Shown here piece after piece: positions 20,317 to 33,019 of a DNA stretch of 64,000 nt. A model generated the notes under the pieces. It saw only the letters and a list, made by a program, of their open reading frames with translations, was not told where the DNA came from and did not search any database. Source of the stretch: Pyrinomonadaceae bacterium. Its GTDB lineage: Bacteria; Acidobacteriota; Blastocatellia; Pyrinomonadales; Pyrinomonadaceae. Position 1 is the stretch's first letter. Every line of letters begins with the position of its first letter. The stretch is taken from contig JANWYH010000005.1 in the NCBI GenBank assembly GCA_025054715.1, forward strand, positions 32,335 through 96,334, in the 5' to 3' direction. Position numbers and translations under genes: made by a program.

Positions 20317-21131
20317 AAAACAAAAAGCTTATCGGCTTAATACTAATCATCGTCGCATTCACAGGAGCTCTTAATTCTCTCGGACAAACTAAGTCTAGAA
20401 AAAAACTCAAAAGGCAAGTCGAAAAAACAGAGCAAACCGCACCAATAACTGATAAACCGTCTGAAACGATAAATACTGCCGAAAAGCTCAACAAGAAAAA
20501 TCAAAGGTCTGCAGAGGAAAAATCAGAAGAAAAACACTCCACAACGGAAAGTAAAGAACTCTATCTTTACGAATTTGAAGCAGAACAATTTCGCATAAAA
20601 CGCATTAGGATAGAACACGACGAAGCCGGCAGAGGCAGTATAAGCTTTTGGAAAAGCGATGTAGAAGAAGAAATTTCTGAACCTTTGAAGCTTTCAACGT
20701 CAGTTCTTCAGAAAATTAAAAATCTGTTTAACTTGCTTTCCTTTCTAGAATCCAATGAGGACTACCAATCAAAACAGCATGACTACAAACATCTAGGAAC
20801 AGTAAAAATCAGCTTAAAAGTAAACGAAAAACATCGCTCTGTCAGCTTTAATTGGACAGAAAATAAAACTGCGAAAGACCTCGCCAACGAATACCAAAAA
20901 ATTAGTAACCAGCGTATATGGATATTTGAAATGAATCTTGCAAGAGAAAACCAACCTCTTGAAGCTCCTGATCTCATGAAAAAACTTGAACTTTACGTGT
21001 CAAGAAACGAAATATCCGATCCGACAGAACTCCTACCTTATCTAGAAGAACTTGTCAACGACGAAAAAATCCCTCTCATTGCGAGAAACCATGCTGCACG
21101 AATCGCAAAAAGGTTGAAAGAGAGAAAATAG
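20313..21131 (+). CDS. Hypothetical secreted/anchored protein
   Basis: 272-aa ORF with an N-terminal hydrophobic segment (MKNKKLIGLILIIVAFTGALN). The ATG overlaps the smc stop (ATGA at 20313-20316). No recognisable motif. Confidence 0.6.
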   Translation: MKNKKLIGLILIIVAFTGALNSLGQTKSRKKLKRQVEKTEQTAPITDKPSETINTAEKLNKKNQRSAEEKSEEKHSTTESKELYLYEFEAEQFRIKRIRIEHDEAGRGSISFWKSDVEEEISEPLKLSTSVLQKIKNLFNLLSFLESNEDYQSKQHDYKHLGTVKISLKVNEKHRSVSFNWTENKTAKDLANEYQKISNQRIWIFEMNLARENQPLEAPDLMKKLELYVSRNEISDPTELLPYLEELVNDEKIPLIARNHAARIAKRLKERK

Positions 21132-21191
21132 TAAAAACCGAATGGCCTTTTTGAAAATTGAATAACTTTATAGTAATATAAAAATTGAGAT

Positions 21192-22958
21192 ATGAGAAAA
21201 GTTGCTGATCTGAATCTCGTAGATTCCGACAAAGATTCATTTTCTCTTAAAAGTTTCCTGCCAATACTGGAGTGGTTACCTAAATACAGAAGTGATGATT
21301 TTGTCCAGGACCTTATAGCTGGACTCATAGTCAGCGTAGTGTATGTTCCGCAAGTGATGGCTTATGCGATGCTGGCTGGCTTGCCTCCATACATAGGGCT
21401 TTACGCAAGTCTTTTGCCGCTTATAATCTACGCGATTTTTGGAACTAGTCGGACGTTATCGGTAGGTCCGGTAGCCATAGTTTCGTTACTTACCTTTAGT
21501 AGCGCATCAGCTTTTGCAGAACCAGGCAGTAACGAATTCATCTCAATTGCAATTACCTTGGCTCTGTTAACTGGTATTATTCAGATACTGATGGGGCTAC
21601 TGAGACTTGGTTTTCTGACTAATTTCTTAAGTCACCCCGTGCTAGTTGGATTTACAGCTTCTGCTGGTTTAATAATAGCTTTTAGCCAGATAAAGCACTT
21701 GTTTGGAGTTAAACTACCTGAAACGAAGTATCCTTACGAGCTTATATTTCAAACCATTTTGCACATACCAAATTCAAATCTTGCAACCACGGCAATAGGC
21801 GCTCTTAGCATACTGATTTTGCTATATTCTCAAATTTATGGCAAAAAAACATTAGTCAAATTAGGCTTATCAGATTTTTCAGCTGAAGCTTTCAGCAAAC
21901 TCGGTCCGTTGATAGCCGTTTTAACTACAACACTTCTAGTTTGGGGAATAGAGTTAGATAAAAAGTGGGGTGTAAAAGTTATTGGAGAGATTCCTGCAGG
22001 TTTACCACCTTTAACGATTCCCGAAATTGACTTAGCGAAAGCTACTTCACTGATAATGGCAGCTACTGTAATTTCACTAGTCGGTTTCATGGAAAGCAAT
22101 GCAATAGCTACGGCTCTTGCCAACAGAAGAAGACAAAAAATAGACCCTAACCAAGAACTCATCGCCTTAGGAGCAGCTAATCTAGGAGTTTCCTTCACAA
22201 GCGGTTATCCAGTAGCTGGAGGATTAGCAAGAACGGTTGTAAATTTTAATGCAGGCGCTAAGACTCCTCTATCTTCGATAATTACCTTCATGTCAGTCGC
22301 CATAGTTTTACTCTTCTTCACGCCTTTATTCTACTATTTACCACAGGCAACTTTAGCTTCAATTGTTGTTGTTGCTGTTGCTAAGCTGTTTGACCTTAAA
22401 GCTATCAAAAGAATTTGGGAGTATAGTAAAGCAGATGGCACATCTATCTTAGCGACACTTTTCGGCGTTCTCATTTTTGATGTTGAAATAGGTATCTTGA
22501 TTGGTTTAGCCACATCAATACTACTTTTTCTTTACAGGACAAGCAAGCCACATGTAGCAATTGTTGGAAGAGTCGGAAATACCGAGCAATTTAGAAACGT
22601 TTTGCGGCACAGAGTAAAAACTTGTCCTGAAACTCTCGCTATTCGTATAGATGAAAGTCTTTATTTTGCAAACACAAAGGAATTAGAAAGATGCATCATG
22701 AGCAAAGTGGCTGATAATCCTGAAATCCGAAATGTCGTCTTAATCTGCAGCGCAGTCAATTTCATAGATGCAAGTGCTCTTGAAACGCTTGAAAAAATCA
22801 TTGATGAACTTCGCTCAGCAGGAATCAATTTTTATTTAAGCGAAGTCAAAGGTCCCGTGATGGATAGGCTTGAAAAAATTGGTTTTGTTGAACGTTTTGG
22901 AAGAGAAAAAATCTTTTTAAGCACACACCAAGCAATGGAGTTTCTCGGATGCAAATAA
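21192..22958 (+). CDS. SulP family anion (sulfate) permease with C-terminal STAS domain
   Basis: 588 aa. Polytopic membrane domain with SulP-type sequence (VPQVMAYAMLAGLPPYIGLYAS), plus a C-terminal STAS-like region (LAIRIDESLYFANT...). Confidence 0.88.
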   Translation: MRKVADLNLVDSDKDSFSLKSFLPILEWLPKYRSDDFVQDLIAGLIVSVVYVPQVMAYAMLAGLPPYIGLYASLLPLIIYAIFGTSRTLSVGPVAIVSLLTFSSASAFAEPGSNEFISIAITLALLTGIIQILMGLLRLGFLTNFLSHPVLVGFTASAGLIIAFSQIKHLFGVKLPETKYPYELIFQTILHIPNSNLATTAIGALSILILLYSQIYGKKTLVKLGLSDFSAEAFSKLGPLIAVLTTTLLVWGIELDKKWGVKVIGEIPAGLPPLTIPEIDLAKATSLIMAATVISLVGFMESNAIATALANRRRQKIDPNQELIALGAANLGVSFTSGYPVAGGLARTVVNFNAGAKTPLSSIITFMSVAIVLLFFTPLFYYLPQATLASIVVVAVAKLFDLKAIKRIWEYSKADGTSILATLFGVLIFDVEIGILIGLATSILLFLYRTSKPHVAIVGRVGNTEQFRNVLRHRVKTCPETLAIRIDESLYFANTKELERCIMSKVADNPEIRNVVLICSAVNFIDASALETLEKIIDELRSAGINFYLSEVKGPVMDRLEKIGFVERFGREKIFLSTHQAMEFLGCK

Positions 22959-23020
22959 GCGCATATGCAACAAGTTGAAACTTATTCGCTCTTTTGAAAA
23001 CAAAGCGTTAAAATAAAATT

Positions 23021-24091
23021 GTGATAGTTTTAGGCATAGAAACATCTTGCGATGAAACGGCAGCTGCAGTCGTTTTCGATGGCAGTCAGATACTTTCTTC
23101 AGTGATTTCTTCCCAAGCGGAGCTTCATAAGCCATACGGTGGAGTTGTTCCAGAGATAGCTTCTAGAGAGCACCTTGAAAAGATAGAACCTGTCGTTAAT
23201 GAGGCTCTTCTGAAGGCAAAAGTTTCCTTAAAAGAAATAGATGCGATAGCCGTTACACAAGGTCCTGGTCTTGTAGGCTCGCTACTTGTCGGCGTTTGCT
23301 TTGCTAAATCATTAGCTTTTGCAATTAACAAGCCCTTTATAGGAGTAAATCACATCGAAGGACACATTTTTTCCGTAGTGTTTGATAATCCACCGGTTCA
23401 ATATCCCGCACTTGCGCTCATAGTTTCCGGCGGACATACCAATCTTTTTTTCATTCCAGAAGCAGGAAAGTATAAGCTTGTAGCTCGCACTCGTGACGAT
23501 GCTGCAGGAGAAGCATTTGATAAGGTTGCAAAAATGCTCGGTCTTGGTTATCCGGGCGGTCCCATAATCGAAAAAATAGCTAAGGAAGGAAACCCGAAAA
23601 AAATCAAATTTCCAATTCCCAAAATAACAGACGGAAAGCCTGATTTCAGTTTTAGTGGCTTGAAAACTGCTGTTTCTAGATACATCCGGCAAGAAGGAGT
23701 AGAACCTGCAAAAGATGGTTCGGTCAATCAACAAATAAAGGATCTTTGCGCAAGTTTTCAGCTTACTGCAATTCGTTCGCTTATTTTACCAATGGAAAAA
23801 CTCGCCCGAGAGCTTAAGCCCAAAACCCTCATAGTTGCAGGCGGAGTTGCGTGTAATATGCTTCTAAGAACGGAGGCAGCAAAAGTTGCCGAAAAACTAA
23901 AAGTGCCCGTTTACTTCCCTTCACGTCACCTTTCAACCGATAATGCAGCAATGATTGCCGCTGCTGGCACTTTTCACCTAAAAAGAGGTGAAAAATCAGA
24001 CCTTTTGATGACGGCTGACCCAATGATGCGACTTCAAAATATTGAAGTAGATGACGAAAAGTTACGAAAAAAGGTTAGATACAGACTATAA
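23021..24091 (+). CDS. tsaD: tRNA N6-adenosine threonylcarbamoyltransferase
   Basis: GIETSCDETAAAV N-terminus, the HIEGH metal motif, and an overall Kae1/TsaD pattern. GTG start. Confidence 0.92.
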   Translation: MIVLGIETSCDETAAAVVFDGSQILSSVISSQAELHKPYGGVVPEIASREHLEKIEPVVNEALLKAKVSLKEIDAIAVTQGPGLVGSLLVGVCFAKSLAFAINKPFIGVNHIEGHIFSVVFDNPPVQYPALALIVSGGHTNLFFIPEAGKYKLVARTRDDAAGEAFDKVAKMLGLGYPGGPIIEKIAKEGNPKKIKFPIPKITDGKPDFSFSGLKTAVSRYIRQEGVEPAKDGSVNQQIKDLCASFQLTAIRSLILPMEKLARELKPKTLIVAGGVACNMLLRTEAAKVAEKLKVPVYFPSRHLSTDNAAMIAAAGTFHLKRGEKSDLLMTADPMMRLQNIEVDDEKLRKKVRYRL

Positions 24092-24135
24092 ACTAACTTG
24101 CGACCGAAATCGGCTAGATATATTCTATTTATACT

Positions 24136-24489
24136 ATGCTCATAGGCGTTCTAAAATCGAAAATTCACTGTGTTACTGTTACCCAAGCTGAACTAGATTA
24201 TGTCGGAAGCATAACAATAGATGAAGAGCTGATGGAAGCCGCAGATTTATTAGAAAATGAACAAGTTCACGTTCTCAACAAAAGAAACGGCGAAAGAATC
24301 ATAACTTACGTGATAAAAGGGGAAAGAGGGAGCGGAACAATTTGCCTCAACGGTCCTGCTGCTCTAAAGTTCAAGGTTGGAGACGTGGTCATAATCATTT
24401 CCTACACGTGGCTTACTCCGGAAGAAGCACGAAACTTCAAGCCAAAAATCGTTTTCCCAGATACACAAACAAACCGACTATTGAAATAG
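24136..24489 (+). CDS. panD: Aspartate 1-decarboxylase
   Basis: 117 aa. [30 protein letters not shown] contains the G-S self-processing site. Confidence 0.92.
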   Translation: MLIGVLKSKIHCVTVTQAELDYVGSITIDEELMEAADLLENEQVHVLNKRNGERIITYVIKGERGSGTICLNGPAALKFKVGDVVIIISYTWLTPEEARNFKPKIVFPDTQTNRLLK

Positions 24490-24678
24490 AAGCTTTCTAT
24501 TCACAAAGTAAAGAATTGCCTAATTGACAAAGGCTGAATAAGTGTTATCATTGCTATTAGGCTGATAGCCAAAGCCGATACGGTTGAAGTAACCTCAACC
24601 AGAAAAAAGAGGCAGGCAAGCCTCGTCAGAATGAGAGGTTTTCATCCTTAAGATGGCTTACCAAGGAGAATTACGACC

Positions 24679-25593
24679 ATGAAGAAGTTTTTGTTACTAG
24701 TTTTATTTTTTGCTGTTTCTACTGGATTTTACGCCCAGAGCAAAGAAAAGGATGAGCTTTTCAACAAAATTGCAAAGCTTACCCAAAAGAAAAAACCCGA
24801 GGAGATTGATAAAGCCTATCAGTTGAGTAAAGAGTTTTTGGCTAAATTCGGTAATGACACTGATGAAAAAACCAAGAAAATTCAAGAGTTTGTGTTAAAT
24901 TACCGGTTGATGAAATTTAATCAACTGCTTAACCAAGCAAAAATAAAAGAAGCTATTCCTTACGGGAAAGAAATACTAGAAAGCGATCCTGAAAATTCCT
25001 ACGTTACGATGAACATTGCCTACGCAGGCTACGAGCTCTATACAAAAAATCAAGATAAATCTCTGGCAAAGGAGGCAACCGAGTACGCAGCAAAAACCAT
25101 ACAGCTTTTTCAAAACGGAAAGCTGCCAAAAGAATTCGCCCCTTTTAAAGATAAAGACGAAGCTGAAGCACTGATGCACTATGTAATAGCCACTTTCGCC
25201 GTGGACTCAGACATAAAACAAGCAGCAAAGCACTTTTATCAATCAATTCAATTTAACTCACAAATTAAAACACAGTTCTATCCTTACTACGTTATAGCTT
25301 TCTACTACGAAAAACTTTACGAAAACTCAATCAAAGAGCTAAATCAAAAGCCAGAAATAAAACCTGATGATGAATCTAAAATTCGCGAAAAGATCAACAC
25401 GATAATCGACCGCATGATTGATGCCTATGCAAGAGCGGTTAAGCTCAGCGAAAACATGGATAACCCACTGAAAGTTGAATTGAGAAACAGACTCATTGAA
25501 GCTTACAAATTCCGTCATCAAACGGAAAAAGGCATAGAAGAATATCTTTCTAAAGTCGTGAATACCCCAATGCCAGACCCTATGGGCATCTAA
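24679..25593 (+). CDS. Hypothetical secreted helical-repeat (TPR-like) protein
   Basis: 304 aa, with signal peptide MKKFLLLVLFFAVSTGFYAQ and an AAGGAG Shine-Dalgarno upstream. Helical, Lys/Glu-rich composition; no specific motif recognised. Confidence 0.6.
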   Translation: MKKFLLLVLFFAVSTGFYAQSKEKDELFNKIAKLTQKKKPEEIDKAYQLSKEFLAKFGNDTDEKTKKIQEFVLNYRLMKFNQLLNQAKIKEAIPYGKEILESDPENSYVTMNIAYAGYELYTKNQDKSLAKEATEYAAKTIQLFQNGKLPKEFAPFKDKDEAEALMHYVIATFAVDSDIKQAAKHFYQSIQFNSQIKTQFYPYYVIAFYYEKLYENSIKELNQKPEIKPDDESKIREKINTIIDRMIDAYARAVKLSENMDNPLKVELRNRLIEAYKFRHQTEKGIEEYLSKVVNTPMPDPMGI

Positions 25594-25602
25594 CCGCCAA
25601 AG

Positions 25603-26670
25603 ATGGCAGCTGAAAGCTTTAACTTTCTCTCCAGCACCATCGCTAATATATGGCACGCTCAAAAGGAACCACACTCTTACGAGTGGTGGTATTTTGATGC
25701 CCTGTCAGACGATTCAAAAAGCGCCATCATAGTGATTTTTCTTGATAACTTTATATTTTCACCCAGATACAATCAAGCTGCTAGGCAAAAGGTCACTGAA
25801 AATTTTAAGCGTTTCCCTGCCATTGCCTTCTTTTATTACGAAAACGGTCGTCCAGTGTATCGTGCGATAAATGAGTTTTCTGAAGATCGTTTCAAAGCCG
25901 AAAGTGATAAACCAGGCTGCAAAATTGATGAAAATCGCTTTAGTTTTGAATGTGCACCTTATGGTTCAGGTTATCTTGTTGAAGTAAATACAAAAACTTA
26001 TGGCAATCAAATCTTAAAAGCTCGTCTAGAATGGCTTTCGGTAGAAAGCGATCTCACAACAGAAAAAAGATTTCAATTTGTCGGGAACCAACATAATTGG
26101 AACCTAGTTGTAGCAAGAGCCGATGTAACCGGCAAAATACAAGCTTTTGACGAAAGTGGTAAGGTCCTATTCAATCGAGATTTTCGTGGAACAGGTTATC
26201 ATGATCACAATGCTGACTCAAGATGGCTACCTGAAACCGTTTATCAATGGCATTGGGGAAGAGCACATTTCAACGATTCAACGGTGATTTTTTACAACTA
26301 TGAAGAATTCGATTCCCCTCCGGTAACAAAATTGATTGTGGTAAAAAACGGACAAACAAACGTTCTTGATGCAAAGCTTCAAACAAGCGATTTTAGAATG
26401 AGTATTTTTGGTCTTATCTATCCAAGAAGGCTAACCTTTCTAAGTTCGGAAAAGGGGTTTAAGCTCGTAGTAAAACAGAAAGTCGTTGATGCAAGTTTCT
26501 TTTATCTTCGTTTTCTTAGCGAAGCAGAAATAGAGTATCCCGATGGTCAAAAACACTTCTCTACTGCTATCTCAGAATATCTTTTTCCAAAAAGGCTCAA
26601 GAAAAGCTGGTTCGACCGCTTGATTGATATGAGGATAGGAAAAAACGGTATTCCTGCAAGCCTTCCTTGA
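25603..26670 (+). CDS. CrtC (hydroxyneurosporene synthase)/AttH-like lipocalin-fold protein
   Basis: 355 aa. The N-terminal YEWWYFDALSDD motif is typical of the carotenoid 1,2-hydratase/AttH family. Confidence 0.55.
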   Translation: MAAESFNFLSSTIANIWHAQKEPHSYEWWYFDALSDDSKSAIIVIFLDNFIFSPRYNQAARQKVTENFKRFPAIAFFYYENGRPVYRAINEFSEDRFKAESDKPGCKIDENRFSFECAPYGSGYLVEVNTKTYGNQILKARLEWLSVESDLTTEKRFQFVGNQHNWNLVVARADVTGKIQAFDESGKVLFNRDFRGTGYHDHNADSRWLPETVYQWHWGRAHFNDSTVIFYNYEEFDSPPVTKLIVVKNGQTNVLDAKLQTSDFRMSIFGLIYPRRLTFLSSEKGFKLVVKQKVVDASFFYLRFLSEAEIEYPDGQKHFSTAISEYLFPKRLKKSWFDRLIDMRIGKNGIPASLP

Positions 26671-26682
26671 GCCTTTCAGAAG

Positions 26683-28203
26683 TCAGTCTCCTTCGACTTT
26701 CTGCATCATTCTTTTCATAGGCACGGCAAGAATTAGCAAAACTACGCCACTAATAACTAATGCCAACGTTGTATAGGTAAACAAAACAGGCATCTGATCC
26801 AGCTTTTCTGGATCAACATGCCCACCAACAAGCCCCGCAATTAAATTTCCTAACGAGCTTGCCAAAAACCATATTCCCATAACCTGACCTACATAACGAC
26901 GTGGGCTTAATTTTGTCATCGAAGATAAACCAACAGGACTTAAACAAAGTTCTCCTATTGTTTGAAAAACATAACTGAAGGTAAGCCAAAAAATGGAAAC
27001 TTTGACTGCACCATTGCTTTTTAAAACTTCCCAAGACGCAAAAATCATGATCAAGAATCCAACAGCAGCAAAAAGTAAGCCCAATGCAAATTTCGTCGGA
27101 CTCGAAAGATCAAGTCCTTTCTTACCCAAAAAAGTCCAGATTGAAGCAAACACTGGAGCTAAAATAATAATTAGCAGCGGATTTATCGATTGAAACCATG
27201 TCGCAGGAACTTCAAATCCCATTATATTTCTATCGGTAAAATCCTTAGCGAAAAGATTTAGCGAAGTCGGAGCTTGCTCGAAAGCAGACCAAAATACCGC
27301 CGCAGCAACGAAAAGAACTACCACGACAAGCATTCTCTTTTTCTCATCAGAATTTAGACCACCAAGCATAAACAAATATGCAAAGTAAATAACCGCAACA
27401 GCTACTAGTAGATAACTCATATAAGTTCCTACCACTTTTGCATCAATTGTTATCAGACCCAAAGAAGCGAAGATGAAAATCGCCGCTAAAATCAAAATAC
27501 CAGAACTCACTACTGCCTTAACTCGCCATTCTATCTTTGCTTGCTCCACCTTATCTGGATGTTTTGCTGGATGCAAACCAATCTCACCTAAAGTTTTCCT
27601 TCTTGAAAGAATGTAAATCAAAAGACCTAAAAGCATGCCCACGCCGGCTGCTCCGAAACCCCAATGCCAACCATATTTTTCTCCTAGAAGCCCAGTGATT
27701 ATCTGCCCTGAAAAAGCTCCCAAGTTTATTCCCATGTAAAAAATAGAAAAACCAGCATCACGCCTTGCTCCACCTTCCGGATAAAGGTCTCCAACTATAG
27801 CAGATATATTTGGTTTCAGCAGTCCAGTTCCCAACACAATCAAAATCAGTCCAAGAAAAAATGTGGCTTTACCGGCAAAAAAGGCAGATAAGCCAATTGA
27901 AATATGCCCTGCAGATATGCATATCGCTCCGTAAAGAATAGCCCTCTGAAGCCCAAGCAGTCGATCGGCAACCCAGCCACCCGGCAAACTCGCCAGATAA
28001 ACGCTAGCAGCATAAATGCCGACTATCGCCGATGCCTGCTCACGCTCAAAACCAAAACCACCATCTAAAATGGCAGCGCTCATGAATAAAACTAGAAGCG
28101 GTCTTATGCCATAATAGGAAAAACGCTCCCACATCTCAGTAAAAAAGAGCGTTGCAAGTCCGCTTGGATGCCCAAAAAAGCTACTCCTTTTCGTTTCTTC
28201 CAT
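26683..28203 (-). CDS. Proton-dependent oligopeptide transporter (POT/PTR2 family, DtpT-like)
   Basis: 506 aa. FFTEMWERFSYYGIRPLLVLF is the POT family signature, with about 14 TM segments. Confidence 0.9.
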   Translation of the reverse strand: MEETKRSSFFGHPSGLATLFFTEMWERFSYYGIRPLLVLFMSAAILDGGFGFEREQASAIVGIYAASVYLASLPGGWVADRLLGLQRAILYGAICISAGHISIGLSAFFAGKATFFLGLILIVLGTGLLKPNISAIVGDLYPEGGARRDAGFSIFYMGINLGAFSGQIITGLLGEKYGWHWGFGAAGVGMLLGLLIYILSRRKTLGEIGLHPAKHPDKVEQAKIEWRVKAVVSSGILILAAIFIFASLGLITIDAKVVGTYMSYLLVAVAVIYFAYLFMLGGLNSDEKKRMLVVVVLFVAAAVFWSAFEQAPTSLNLFAKDFTDRNIMGFEVPATWFQSINPLLIIILAPVFASIWTFLGKKGLDLSSPTKFALGLLFAAVGFLIMIFASWEVLKSNGAVKVSIFWLTFSYVFQTIGELCLSPVGLSSMTKLSPRRYVGQVMGIWFLASSLGNLIAGLVGGHVDPEKLDQMPVLFTYTTLALVISGVVLLILAVPMKRMMQKVEGD

Positions 28204-28370
28204 TTTCTACCTCCGATTTTTGAGAAACTAAGTAAGTCGAAAGAAATATAGCAAATTTTTCGCAAAGCCAAAAACCGGATGATTCATGCTTTTTGTTGCA
28301 GGCTGCGAAGGGACGACGTTTAACGGTATAATCGGGCTCTATCGCTAAAAAGATTAAGGTAAATGTGAGC

Positions 28371-28461
28371 TGGTGCCGGAGGTCGGACTCGAACCGACAT
28401 GGGCCGTTGAAAGCCCGCTAGATTTTGAGTCTAGTGCGTATACCAATTTCGCCACTCCGGC
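28371..28461 (-). tRNA. tRNA-Leu (anticodon CAA), CCA encoded
   Basis: Minus-strand sequence gccggagtggcg...ctagaCTCAAAAtctag...long variable arm...gtcggttcgagtccgacctccggcacca. The 7-bp acceptor, anticodon loop cuCAAaa and T-arm were all folded by hand. Confidence 0.9.
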
Positions 28462-28528
28462 ACAACATTAAGAATATAACCTTATTTCAATCGAACGTCA
28501 AATTTGACTCGATCAACTAAGCAAAGCA

Positions 28529-30813
<2,285 letters not shown>

Positions 30814-30912
30814 TTATCAACTACTAGCAAGTCTGCGAAAGAAGGTTCACAGAAATCTTGAAACCGTCAAAGAAACTTTTACGTAAATAGAATTGATTTC
30901 ACAAAGGAAGTT

Positions 30913-32619
30913 ATGAAAAAAGCAATAATTTTTTGGATTTTTATCCTGATTTTTCCTGTAAAATCACAAGATTTTCTTTCTAAAGCCGAAAATCCAACAA
31001 CCAGAGTAGGAGTTCAAAGCGACGCTACGCCTTTAGTTCTGAAGCTAGAAGAGGCAATCAAACTAGCCCTTGAAAACAACAACGAAATAGAAATCGCACG
31101 TAATGAAGTCAAACTCCAAGAGTCTCAATTAAAGTCATTGCTTGGCACTTTTGATCCTGTATTTACGGTTACTCCGCAATTTACTCGCACTTCAACTACA
31201 GGCTCAAGAGCAAGCGATGACTTTAGAGTAAACGCTGCGATGACAAAATTTCTTCGCTACGGTGGTGGAAGCTATCGCATATTTTTCAATAACGTTCAAA
31301 CCGAAAACACATTTTCACAGGCACAGATTAGCTCGGGAGCCGCAAGCGGAACAAGTAAGCTTTATTCATCAAACTTGGGAATCTCGATAACCCAACCCCT
31401 ATGGCGTAACTTTTTAATTGATGAGAATCGAAGGCAGATAAAAATCCAACGAAAGAGGTTGACTCAATCTGATGCCGATTTCCGCCGTCAGGTCATTGAG
31501 ATAATTTCAAGAGTGCAAAAAGCTTATTGGGATTTAGTATTTGCCCTTAAAGACCAGCAAAATAAAGTTGCAAACCTGAATCTATCAAAAGAAAATTTGC
31601 GTCAGATAGAAGCAAAGATAGCAGCCGGTTTATCTGCTCCTATAGCAAAAGCAGAAGTAAATACAGAAATAGCTAATCGTGAAGCAGAAGTTCTGCTAGC
31701 TGTCCAACAAGTTTCGATAGCAGAGAATACACTAAAAGGTCTGATTTTTAAGGACACAAACACAGAAGATTGGAAAAAGAGCATAATCCCGGTTGATGAA
31801 CCTATTTTTGACGAAAACGAAAAAGTTGATCTAGAAGATGCCATAACGCAAGCTATGAGAAATCGCCCGGAGCTTAAACGCTTGAAGTTAGAGCTAGAAA
31901 TCAACAAAATTGACAAAGATTTCTTCAAAAACCAAACCCAACCGCAGATTGATTTGACAGCAAATTTGTCTCTTAACGGATTTAGCTTCGGAAAAATTAA
32001 CACTCAACCTCAAACCTTACCTATAATTTCAGGCAACCCCGCTACGAATCCAGACGCTTTTCTACTTCAGCAAATAAACTTGGTCAGAGCAAACTTGAAT
32101 CCTTCGCTTCCACCCGTCTCGAGTCCGGTCGTTACTATTCCTGGATCACCCAACTTTCTTTCGGGAGGATTCAACCGTTCAATAGCAAATATGTTTCGTA
32201 AAGATGCTCCAAATTATTCATTCGGACTTACTATCTCGTTTCCCTTTAAAAATCAAGTAGCTGAGGCGAATCTTGCATCTTCTGAAATTAACAAACAAAG
32301 GATAGAGGCACAAATAAGAAGCACTGAGCAAGGCATTCTCACAGAAGTTAGAAACGCAGTGCAAGCGGTAGAAACTGCAAGACAAAGAGTACTTGCTGCA
32401 AGACAGGCACGCAAAAACGCTGAAATCCAACTGGAAGGCGAAAGAAAGCTCTTCGAGGCCGGTCGTTCAACAACATTCCTTCTCTTCCAAAGAGAAAACG
32501 CCCTTGCGAACGCAAAAAATGCCGAAATAAGAGCAGAAACCGATTACAAGAAAGCAATCGTTGACCTTCAAAAAGCGACTTCTACGATACTTCAAGCTAA
32601 CAATATCGAGATACGTTAA
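30913..32619 (+). CDS. TolC family outer-membrane efflux protein
   Basis: 568 aa. Signal peptide, then two OEP-type repeats (LEEAIKLALENNNEIEIAR..., LEDAITQAMRNRPELKRL...). Confidence 0.82.
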   Translation: MKKAIIFWIFILIFPVKSQDFLSKAENPTTRVGVQSDATPLVLKLEEAIKLALENNNEIEIARNEVKLQESQLKSLLGTFDPVFTVTPQFTRTSTTGSRASDDFRVNAAMTKFLRYGGGSYRIFFNNVQTENTFSQAQISSGAASGTSKLYSSNLGISITQPLWRNFLIDENRRQIKIQRKRLTQSDADFRRQVIEIISRVQKAYWDLVFALKDQQNKVANLNLSKENLRQIEAKIAAGLSAPIAKAEVNTEIANREAEVLLAVQQVSIAENTLKGLIFKDTNTEDWKKSIIPVDEPIFDENEKVDLEDAITQAMRNRPELKRLKLELEINKIDKDFFKNQTQPQIDLTANLSLNGFSFGKINTQPQTLPIISGNPATNPDAFLLQQINLVRANLNPSLPPVSSPVVTIPGSPNFLSGGFNRSIANMFRKDAPNYSFGLTISFPFKNQVAEANLASSEINKQRIEAQIRSTEQGILTEVRNAVQAVETARQRVLAARQARKNAEIQLEGERKLFEAGRSTTFLLFQRENALANAKNAEIRAETDYKKAIVDLQKATSTILQANNIEIR

Positions 32620-33019
32620 TTTGGAATACAAGAAATGAAAAACAACGACAAATCATCGCTGACAATCACGAGGAGACACCGTTTATCAACCACATCGTAA
32701 ATGAAAACTATCTAGCATTTGAACTGTTCAATGCAAACTTGCAACTATAATGGTCTCACTAAGAAACGCTTATTTTGAACTTTACAAACGCATAGGCAAT
32801 TTCGAGAAAAGATCCGAAAAAGCGTGTACCTTAATTGGCATGAAAATGTTTGCAAAGGATTTTATTTACCAGAAGGACTTGTCATGCTTAGGCTATGATA
32901 GAACAAAGCTTGATGTTAAAACTTCAATTTGTTATGTTCGAAGTGTGTAAAGCAAGGCAAGCTGGAAAAGTGATGATTAGCAAAACTGTGTAATGTAGGC
33001 GAAGCTGGCTAGCCGACAG

